From the NCBI GenBank assembly GCA_964419255.1, contig CAYQOU010000014.1, positions 1,605-65,604 of the forward strand: a stretch of DNA of 64,000 nucleotides, read 5' to 3'. The first letter of the stretch is position 1. Every line of letters starts with the position of its first letter. The stretch is from an uncultured Fibrobacterota bacterium (lineage in GTDB: Bacteria; Fibrobacterota; Chitinivibrionia; Chitinivibrionales; CAYFVL01). Shown one piece after another: positions 20,120-27,888 of this stretch. Under the pieces are notes generated by a model. The model worked only from the letters and a program-made list of their open reading frames with translations, was not told the origin of the DNA and searched no databases. The position numbers were made by a program, and so were the translations under genes.

Positions 20120-20566
20120 TCAGGCAACATCTTCCATCTTATCGTCTTTACCGGGTTTTTTCTTCTTCACCTCGGCGCACTCGCCCTCTTTTAACATCTT
20201 TTCGATCAGCTCCGGACGCCCAATAACCTGCAAATGGCGTACACGACGGTACTCATTGCGATGATTGGGGCAATACTTGGGATATACATACTGTCTGGGA
20301 TAGATTTTGACTTCGAACTGATTGTCGCACCCTTCCAGCGCGCAATCCATCACCATGGTCACCACTTCGGTGTAACTATGTTTATATGTTTGATTCTTGA
20401 TGTTAACATCTTCAGGCTTGGTCCGCTTACGGATACGATACCGATCCTGACGATGTTCGGGACAATACTTCGAGATGTGAATCCCAAAGAAAATTTTCCC
20501 GCATCCGGGATACTGACATTTCTTTTCACGAAGCTTCTGACGGCGCCTCGATTTAGGTAGCTGCAT
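20120..20566 (-). CDS. hypothetical basic protein with duplicated Cys/His (zinc-ribbon-like) module
   Basis: Start set to ATG 20566 (GGAGAGG lies 9 nt upstream). There are two copies of C-x4-C ... KYCPxHR ... YR-R (CQYPGCGK..KYCPEHRQDRYRIR and CALEGCDN..KYCPNHRNEYRRVR). The C-terminus is Lys-rich. Confidence 0.55.
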   Translation of the reverse strand: MQLPKSRRRQKLREKKCQYPGCGKIFFGIHISKYCPEHRQDRYRIRKRTKPEDVNIKNQTYKHSYTEVVTMVMDCALEGCDNQFEVKIYPRQYVYPKYCPNHRNEYRRVRHLQVIGRPELIEKMLKEGECAEVKKKKPGKDDKMEDVA

Positions 20567-21182
20567 AAAAAACACCTCTCCGGAATGAGATATAGTGCTT
20601 GAAAAAATAACGTTCTATAAGAAGAATCTTGATTCGCGATGCAGACATAATATATAGACAATTAGAATATTTTGCAACTTATTTTAGCGCATAACACCAG
20701 TCCGCATCCACCGCCAGCGCCGCCCTGTTGCATATAACAGTTTGATATTAAAAGGCTTAAAAAGATTCTAGAAACTGTTTTTGCCTGTCCAAAACATCTT
20801 TTAGATGCTTTACACAAGGTGAAACATTGTGTCAATACCCATCCATTTAACCGCACAAATAATAATCCGCCAAGTCACTCCGCACCATTAAACCTAAGTC
20901 GAGCTGTTCCCAGTGGCCGAGTCGTGCAAACCCTTGAGCGCGGAATAGCCTCCTCAGGTTTTCCAAGATTGCACAAGCCCTTATGCTTTAAGGGATTGCG
21001 CATATAGTCGCGAGAAAATCGCTCAATTCAGGTATATATTAAAGGAATATCCTTGATTCCTTTTCGAAATATAAAAGACGATTATGCGACATCGCTTCCG
21101 GGTACAATTATTTTATTAACGTTTCCTTTAATGTATTATTGTAACAAACAGTGTTTTGAAACGTCTTTTGTTCGTCTGACCT

Positions 21183-22256
21183 ATGACTAATTCACCACAA
21201 CGTGCAAACGCACCTATTCTGCTGCCTGAAAGCTTTAATCGCGAATGGTTGGAACAAAACCGTTCTCTTGTTAGCGGGCGCTCGGATGATCTCTACCTGG
21301 ATTTTGGAAATACCAGACAGATCGATTCAGCGGCAGCCTCTTTTATCCAGCTGATCAGTCGTAAACTGCACAAAGCCGGACACACGCTAGTCATTATTAA
21401 CATCTCCAAAGAGATGCTTTCGACTATTCATCAGTGGAATGCCAAAGCCGTTGAGCCTGAGGGGAAACAGCAGGAGGACAGCATTTTTGTGCGAGCCGGT
21501 GACGCATCCATAGGTTTCTATCATGAACTGATCACCGCATTTTCCATTCTCGTGGAAATGATTTACTGGGGTACATTCGGTCTTCTGAAAAGACGCGACT
21601 TTCGCAAGGGGATACTGGGTGAGCAGATGTATCAGCTCGGATTCAGGGCACTGGGAATTGTCGGGCTGTTGGCCTTCCTGATCGGTGTGGTTTTAGCGCT
21701 TCAAACAGCCATGCAGCTCAAAACATTCGGGGCGGATATTTTTCTTGCCCCTATGATCGGCATATCCATGATCCGCGAGCTTGGGCCGTTGATGACGGCA
21801 ATTATTCTGGCCGGACGTACCGGAAGTGCAACAACCGCCGAGATTGCCACCATGGGGGTGCAGGAAGAGCTGGATGCCTTAAAGACGATGTCGCTCAATC
21901 CGATCCAGTTTGTAGTCGTACCAAAGTTCTGGGCCATTACCCTGACCATGCCCATGCTTTCTATTATCGCTACGGCCAGTGGCATTTTCGGGGGATATCT
22001 GGTGGCGGTATTCTATCTTCAAACGGCATCCAGTCTGTTTCTAAGTGAACTTGCCAAAAACATATATCTGCGGGATTTTATGGCCGGTTTTATAAAGTCC
22101 GTGGTGTTCTCCTGGTTGATCATCTGGATTGGATCTCACTACGGATTTAAGGTAAAGGGCGGAGCGGAAGAAGTTGGACGGGAGACAACGGCTGCCGTGG
22201 TGACCGGTATTTTTGTGATTATCATTGCAGATGCTGTTTTTTCTTTTATCATATGA
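21183..22256 (+). CDS. mlaE: MlaE-family ABC permease with N-terminal STAS (MlaB-like) domain
   Basis: 357 aa. N-terminal LDFGNTRQIDSAAASFIQLISRKLHKAGHTLVIINIS reads as STAS-like. The permease core contains GISMIRELGPLMTAIILAGRTGSATTAEIATMGVQEELDAL. Confidence 0.85.
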   Translation: MTNSPQRANAPILLPESFNREWLEQNRSLVSGRSDDLYLDFGNTRQIDSAAASFIQLISRKLHKAGHTLVIINISKEMLSTIHQWNAKAVEPEGKQQEDSIFVRAGDASIGFYHELITAFSILVEMIYWGTFGLLKRRDFRKGILGEQMYQLGFRALGIVGLLAFLIGVVLALQTAMQLKTFGADIFLAPMIGISMIRELGPLMTAIILAGRTGSATTAEIATMGVQEELDALKTMSLNPIQFVVVPKFWAITLTMPMLSIIATASGIFGGYLVAVFYLQTASSLFLSELAKNIYLRDFMAGFIKSVVFSWLIIWIGSHYGFKVKGGAEEVGRETTAAVVTGIFVIIIADAVFSFII

Positions 22257-22302
22257 GTGTGTCCATAAAACCTGGAAAGAGACATAAGAGGCAGAAACAA
22301 AT

Positions 22303-23100
22303 ATGGCTGAGCCGATAATAAAAACGGAAGATTTGATTATAAAATATGGTGAACGCACCGTTTTAAACGGAATTTCGACCACCGTCTACCCTCGCGAAAT
22401 ACGGGTGATTCTAGGGACTTCCGGATGCGGGAAAACTACCCTGCTTAAGAGCATAATCGGCTTACTTGAGCCTTTCTCAGGCAGCGTACATCTTTTCGGC
22501 AATCTTCTGGGAGAGGCTGATTCCGATATAACGACAGAGACTCTCAAAAAAATCGGCGTCCTTTTCCAAAACGGAGCTCTTCTGGGAAGCCTTACCGTCG
22601 CACAGAATATTGCTTTGCCGCTTCAGATGCATTCGAGTCTTCCCGATGATATAATAGAAGAAATGGTACGGTTGAAGCTAAGACAGGTGGACCTTCCACA
22701 TGCCTCGGACCTTTTTCCCGGAGAACTGTCAGGGGGCATGCGCAAACGAGCGGCCTTGGCACGGGCCCTTGCCATGGATCCGCCACTGCTTTTTTGTGAC
22801 GAGCCTTCGGCCGGACTGGATCCGGTGACAGCCGCCGGCCTGGACGAACTTCTCTTACGACTACGGGAGGTACTGGGTATCACAATCGTTGTAGTCACCC
22901 ATGAGCTGCTGTCCATCGAAAGAATAGCTGATAATATTATATTCCTTCATAAGGGAGAGTTGCTCTTTGAAGGGAGCTACCGCGAGGCTCGTTCCTTTGA
23001 GAAGGGGCCAATTTATGACTTCTTTCAACAAAACGAACAGAAATCTTCTGGAACACAATCGCAGCAAGAATCGTTTTTTCGTGTGGAGAATATACGATGA
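22303..23100 (+). CDS. mlaF: MlaF-type ABC transporter ATP-binding protein
   Basis: 265 aa. Walker A GTSGCGKTT, signature LSGGMRKRAALARAL, Walker B LLFCDEPSAGLD. Confidence 0.9.
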   Translation: MAEPIIKTEDLIIKYGERTVLNGISTTVYPREIRVILGTSGCGKTTLLKSIIGLLEPFSGSVHLFGNLLGEADSDITTETLKKIGVLFQNGALLGSLTVAQNIALPLQMHSSLPDDIIEEMVRLKLRQVDLPHASDLFPGELSGGMRKRAALARALAMDPPLLFCDEPSAGLDPVTAAGLDELLLRLREVLGITIVVVTHELLSIERIADNIIFLHKGELLFEGSYREARSFEKGPIYDFFQQNEQKSSGTQSQQESFFRVENIR

Positions 23101-24017
23101 GCATCACAAGAGCTCAACGAGCCCGGCTGGGCATGTTTATGATTAGTGGCGCAATCCTGATTGCGGTCTTTATCGCTATTCCGGTAGGCTTCAGCCTGAC
23201 CAAACAGGAAAAGGTATACTACTCCTTTTTCCAAGAGGAGTCATCTCTCTCAGGGCTCGAACAGGGAGCGGATATCAAATTTAGAGGTGTTCCCATCGGA
23301 GAAGTCGCCGATATCACCTACAATCCAAGAGAAATCACCCGAATCAAAGTCAAGTTCAGGATCCAATCCGATTTCCCGGTGAAAGAGGATATGTATGTTC
23401 AGACGGGAATGATGGGTATAACCGGGCTAAAATATGTGGAGATAATGGGTGGCAGTGACACCTCCTCACTGCTTCCGGAGGGTTCGATGATCGAATCAAA
23501 AGCAAGCCTTATGTCCACAATCACCGGCAAGACCGATGTACTCGTCGGAAAAGTCGAACTTCTGCTAAATCATATCGTGGAGATCACAAACCCGGACAGT
23601 CTGGCCGCCATTAAGGAAATCGTGAACAATGTGGCCGGTATATCCGCGGATGTTCAAACATTTGTCAGCGGCACAGCACCGGAGCTGAACAACATAACCA
23701 CGGCAGCAAAATCTACTGTGCAGAAGATGGATTTAATTGCGAAGGATATCAAAAACATTACCGATAATCTCAACCGGGGACTGGAAGCCGATCAGATGAA
23801 ACAGATTTTGACATCCGTCGATTCCGCTGCACATTCAATGAAAAACATGTCGGAAGATCTGGGGCTAACAATCAGGCAGACCCGGGAGGATTTTACCATT
23901 TCGATGGAAAATCTACGCGAGACACTGGAAAATGCAAACGAGTTATCCAAACAGCTTGCCGAAAATCCCTCACTTCTCATAAGAGGTGAACAACAGCGGG
24001 AGAGAATTATCCGATGA
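23097..24017 (+). CDS. mlaD: MlaD/MCE-domain protein
   Basis: 306 aa. N-terminal TM helix, MCE-like core (IKFRGVPIGEVADI), and a long helical C-terminus. ATGA overlap with mlaF. Confidence 0.8.
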   Translation: MSITRAQRARLGMFMISGAILIAVFIAIPVGFSLTKQEKVYYSFFQEESSLSGLEQGADIKFRGVPIGEVADITYNPREITRIKVKFRIQSDFPVKEDMYVQTGMMGITGLKYVEIMGGSDTSSLLPEGSMIESKASLMSTITGKTDVLVGKVELLLNHIVEITNPDSLAAIKEIVNNVAGISADVQTFVSGTAPELNNITTAAKSTVQKMDLIAKDIKNITDNLNRGLEADQMKQILTSVDSAAHSMKNMSEDLGLTIRQTREDFTISMENLRETLENANELSKQLAENPSLLIRGEQQRERIIR

Positions 24018-24649
24018 AAAAAGGCCGATATATACCAGTTATTCAGCTATTAGTGGTGTCGTTGTTTTTGATATTGGTAAGCTGCGCAAGTGTTCCGATA
24101 AAAAAGTACTATGTGATAAACTATGAACCCGAACCGATTGGAAATCGAAAGCATGATGCGCCCTATCCGTTTGTTATAAGGGTAAAGGATATGGATATCG
24201 AAGAGGCCTACAATCGATCACAGATTGTGTATCGAAAGAGTCCTTTTGAATTGCAGTACTATTTTTACAGGGTATGGGCGGTGAAACCGGAAATTATGTT
24301 GACGGACCTCATCCACAAGCACATGGTATCAACCGGACTGGTCAGCCATGTAGTAAGACGCTTTGACGAGGGAGCACGGCCGGATTACGAATTGACCGGC
24401 AGAATAGAAGCTATCGAGGAATATGACAGTGAAGATGTGTGGTTTGCGCACCTGGCTTTTCGTCTCAACCTGGTACGCCTGAAAGATAACCATACGGTCT
24501 ACACACGACGGTTTGACAGCCGCAAACAGGTGTTTCAGAGGGAACCCGAATACGTCGTACGTGAACTGTCGCGAATTATGGACATTCTGATGACACAGGC
24601 CATCCATGACATCGATGGTGTGCTGGCGAAGGAACATGGAGTGAATTAA
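24014..24649 (+). CDS. ABC-transport auxiliary lipoprotein (PqiC/YmbA-like)
   Basis: 211 aa. LVSC lipobox. KYYVINYEP... is typical of the ABC_trans_aux family. ATGA overlap with mlaD. Confidence 0.7.
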   Translation: MKKGRYIPVIQLLVVSLFLILVSCASVPIKKYYVINYEPEPIGNRKHDAPYPFVIRVKDMDIEEAYNRSQIVYRKSPFELQYYFYRVWAVKPEIMLTDLIHKHMVSTGLVSHVVRRFDEGARPDYELTGRIEAIEEYDSEDVWFAHLAFRLNLVRLKDNHTVYTRRFDSRKQVFQREPEYVVRELSRIMDILMTQAIHDIDGVLAKEHGVN

Positions 24650-24701
24650 TCCTTTGCATGATAAATTGAACACAGTAATTTCCTTCAGAGAAACAGATTA
24701 C

Positions 24702-26483
24702 ATGCAGACACATAAAACTACTAATATGTTTTTCCGCTCTTTATCTGCCCTGATGATTATCGGGCTGATTTCATCTCTATTCGCCAGGCTCCCCGATGAG
24801 CTGCCGGGAGAAGAAATCAGTGAAGAGCAGTACATGAATTTCATTTATCCTCGCGACAGCATAGCCGCCATAGTTCCTTCGAGTTCGCCTTATTCGCCTA
24901 CCTGGTTGGACAGCGCATCCGAAACCTGGGATGCTCCTTCGCTCAGTAAACAACTGGCGGAAGACGAGAAGAATACTCTCATGGGCATGGGATCCATTTT
25001 TGTCCCCACCATGAGCCCTGCGGACCTTGAGCCAAATATCGAGATCGTCGATTCAACCGGTGAAAGCGTCGAAAGCGGATTACCAGGAACAAAATACAGT
25101 GTCATGCCCGGCTCCTATTTTATCATGATGGGCAGTGGCCGCCACAATCAGAGAATCGTCCATAAAGTACAAGTCCAGGAGGGTGAGACGACTCCGGTTA
25201 TTCCTACCTGGAGCGGCATTTCAATCGACGTGGTTGATCAGGATGGTCTCCCTTTTAGAGGAGAATATGAATTAGCTCGCATAGATAAATTTGAGCCTTA
25301 CGGTCGTGGATTCGGCAGAGATCCTACACTTGGTGAAGAAGTACGGACCTGGATCGTACGCCCCGGGGTATACAAAATATTTGGTGTCGGTGAAAGCTAC
25401 AATACACTGACAAACTTTGTCACCGTTCGCCTTCTTCCAGGCGAATACGTGCGTTTCCTTCTAGTGATGAATAGTAACCAGATGAAAATTACCAGCGGCG
25501 GAAACGTCAACACCGAAATCAACCGAGAACTGACTTCAAACTGGGGATACGGTATAAATGTCGGCGGAAGTGTCGGGATGAGTGGCGAAATCAACCATGA
25601 AACGGATTCTTCCAAAACAAGTACCTCCTTGACCATTCTGGTGAATTCTCGCCTCGACTATAAACGTGGACCCATAGACTGGGATAATTACCTTCGACTC
25701 AACCAGTTGGCTGATTTTGAGAGCTTCGATATCAGCCGTATCGAAAGCGATATCGATGAACTTCGTATTAGCTCCATATTCACCTGGCGCTTTTTCCCCT
25801 GGTTTGGTCCGTACGGCAGACTGGAAATGGAGACGGGACTCTTTCCCGAATATGCTCGAGTACCCTCCGGTGAAGAGAATGATAATTACTATTTCGTAGA
25901 GACCTTTGAGGATAGTTCATACGCAGGCATCGATTCAAACAACAACAGCTATCTGCTGGAGCCGGTATTCTCTCCTTTCAATCTGGAGGCGGGAGCAGGA
26001 GCCAACATGAACCTCCTCAGTACAAGATATTTTGACGCCCGTTTTCTTACCGGATTGGGCCTCAGGCAGGAATACATCTGGGGACGGTCCGAAGTGCTCA
26101 GTGATACCAGTCTGAACGATACGCTGGAAAGTATAACCGGACTTGACGAGGAGAACTTTACGACTGTTCGAAATATCGATAAGAAGGTCACACGCCCTGA
26201 ATTCGGGCCGGAAGCTGCCCTGAACCTGTCGATCAGACTCGGCCGCTACGCCTCTGTCGAAAGCGAACTTAAGGCTTTTTTTCCGATTGACCGGATGACC
26301 GATTCTAACAACGAGTTCCGTCCCGATTTGCGGCTGTATTCCACTTTGAGCTGGCGTCTTGCCCGTGCATTCACCGTCGACTATCAGTATGACTACGAGC
26401 TGCGCTGGCCTAATGAGGTTGAGGCTCGACAGAACATCAGCAGACATAACATTCTCTTGCGATACTCATACTCCAGCAGGTAG
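24702..26483 (+). CDS. hypothetical exported protein, candidate outer-membrane beta-barrel, last gene of the Mla-like operon
   Basis: The ORF-track start (24654) is a TTG, so ATG 24702 is used (ATG 24726 is also possible). Signal peptide MFFRSLSALMIIGLISSLFA. The C-terminal half has alternating-hydrophobic strands (LRLYSTLSWRLARAFTVDYQYDYELRW, ILLRYSYS). No terminal aromatic residue. Confidence 0.5.
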   Translation: MQTHKTTNMFFRSLSALMIIGLISSLFARLPDELPGEEISEEQYMNFIYPRDSIAAIVPSSSPYSPTWLDSASETWDAPSLSKQLAEDEKNTLMGMGSIFVPTMSPADLEPNIEIVDSTGESVESGLPGTKYSVMPGSYFIMMGSGRHNQRIVHKVQVQEGETTPVIPTWSGISIDVVDQDGLPFRGEYELARIDKFEPYGRGFGRDPTLGEEVRTWIVRPGVYKIFGVGESYNTLTNFVTVRLLPGEYVRFLLVMNSNQMKITSGGNVNTEINRELTSNWGYGINVGGSVGMSGEINHETDSSKTSTSLTILVNSRLDYKRGPIDWDNYLRLNQLADFESFDISRIESDIDELRISSIFTWRFFPWFGPYGRLEMETGLFPEYARVPSGEENDNYYFVETFEDSSYAGIDSNNNSYLLEPVFSPFNLEAGAGANMNLLSTRYFDARFLTGLGLRQEYIWGRSEVLSDTSLNDTLESITGLDEENFTTVRNIDKKVTRPEFGPEAALNLSIRLGRYASVESELKAFFPIDRMTDSNNEFRPDLRLYSTLSWRLARAFTVDYQYDYELRWPNEVEARQNISRHNILLRYSYSSR

Positions 26484-26542
26484 CGGCCGATATCATGATG
26501 CATTCCGGCAGTTTTCCCCCGGAGTTATAAAGGAGTAGAGAT

Positions 26543-26896
26543 ATGCACTGTCCAAAATGTGATGCAGATACCGAGAATATATCCTGTCAGCATATAACGG
26601 TAGACCGCTGCAAGCAATGCAAAGGAATCTGGTTTGACCTTTTAGAGCATGAAGAGTTGAAACAAATCAAAGGATCGGAATGTATAGATATCGGTGAGCC
26701 GGACACCGAAATCAACCAGGATATGCAGTGTCCCAAATGCAATGTCAATATGCTTTTGCTGTCCGATCCGGCTCATCCGCAGGTAGAGTTCCAGAAATGC
26801 CCCGTCTGTCATGGTGCTTATTTTGATGCGGGAAAATTCCGCCTGCTAAAAGAGAATGCTTTTAGCCGCCTCATCCGCTCCATCTTTAAACGATAG
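26543..26896 (+). CDS. protein with two TFIIB-type zinc-ribbon modules
   Basis: 117 aa. Two copies of CPxC...C..C.G.wFD (CPKCDAD..CKQCKGIWFD and CPKCNVN..CPVCHGAYFD). AAAGGAG RBS. Confidence 0.65.
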   Translation: MHCPKCDADTENISCQHITVDRCKQCKGIWFDLLEHEELKQIKGSECIDIGEPDTEINQDMQCPKCNVNMLLLSDPAHPQVEFQKCPVCHGAYFDAGKFRLLKENAFSRLIRSIFKR

Positions 26897-26956
26897 AGCC
26901 GAAATTTATAGACAGGCTGAAAAAAACTATTTCGATTACTGAGCTATACTCTCGCG

Positions 26957-26979
26957 TTGAGTCGCGCAGAAGCGCTCAA
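26957..26979 (+). terminator. possible intrinsic terminator
   Basis: Imperfect hairpin TTGAGTCGC-GCAGAA-GCGCTCAA followed by the T-rich TTTGGACATTTTTTCGG, 60 nt after the zinc-ribbon gene. Confidence 0.3.
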
Positions 26980-27123
26980 TTTGGACATTTTTTCGGAAAA
27001 TTTGAGAGCCTAACCGCACGAAAGTTTTAAGTGAAAGCACCTCTTTTCTTGTTTATTTGTTCACGTTCCCTTGTTTTTAAAATTGCTTGATTCTCGATTT
27101 TTCATTCTCCGGCTGTGCCGGAC

Positions 27124-27888
27124 TTAAGTCGAATAATCGTTTATTTGCCGAGCGATTTTTTCCATCAAATCAACACCGCCCTCGGCGCGCAGAAGATTAC
27201 CGGTGACGATGATATCGGCTCCCGCCTCCACCTTCTCGACAGCATCCTCAACCGACCGGATACCGCCTCCCACGATTATCGGTATATCTACAGTGGAACG
27301 AACCATCTTGATCATACTGGCTGGAACGCTTAGCTGTGCACCGCTCCCCGCCTCCAGATATACCAGTTTCATCCCCATATACTGAGCTGCCAGTGCATGA
27401 GCAGCCGCTATCATAGGCTTGTTGCGCGGAAGCGGACGGGTATTGCTCATAAACTCCACAGAACTGACACTACCCGATTCCACCAGCATGTATGCGGTGG
27501 ACACAGGCTCTATTCCGATTTGTTTGATGAAAGGAGCACCCTTGACCTGTTCACCAATAAGATTAACCGGATTTCGACCGGAAACCAGCGAGAGAAACAG
27601 TACCGCATCCGCATGCCGAGACAACTGTGTCGCGTCTCCGGGGAAAAGGATGACCGGACGCTTGCCGGCATGTTTCTTTACGGTTTTCACAAACATATCG
27701 AAATGATTGGAATACAAGAGACTGCCACCGATAAGAATCGCGTGAACCCCCGCTTTACATGCATGGGTAACGATATCGGCAGCCTCGTCGGGTAAAAAGT
27801 CATCTGGATCGAGCAAAACCCAGTGCTGTTTTTCTTTGTCGGCAACTCGCCGGAGAATCCCTCGCGACACTGAAGACTCTTGGTTCAT
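27124..27888 (-). CDS. geranylgeranylglyceryl/heptaprenylglyceryl phosphate synthase family protein (PcrB/GGGPS)
   Basis: Start set to ATG 27888 (MNQESSVSRG), which overlaps the alaS stop as ATGA. The longer ORF-track N-terminus lies inside alaS. 254 aa with PVILFPGD, VYLEAGSGA and PIIVGGGIRS, typical of this TIM-barrel prenyltransferase family. Confidence 0.8.
   Translation of the reverse strand: MNQESSVSRGILRRVADKEKQHWVLLDPDDFLPDEAADIVTHACKAGVHAILIGGSLLYSNHFDMFVKTVKKHAGKRPVILFPGDATQLSRHADAVLFLSLVSGRNPVNLIGEQVKGAPFIKQIGIEPVSTAYMLVESGSVSSVEFMSNTRPLPRNKPMIAAAHALAAQYMGMKLVYLEAGSGAQLSVPASMIKMVRSTVDIPIIVGGGIRSVEDAVEKVEAGADIIVTGNLLRAEGGVDLMEKIARQINDYST

Noticed and set aside
25935-26447. 170-aa ORF on the minus strand
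   Set aside because: It is antisense to the last gene of the Mla-like operon and is not independently supported.
27108-27122. Hairpin TCCGGC-TGT-GCCGGA just after the GGGPS stop
   Set aside because: The stem is only 6 bp and no U-tract follows on the minus strand. Not reported as a terminator.
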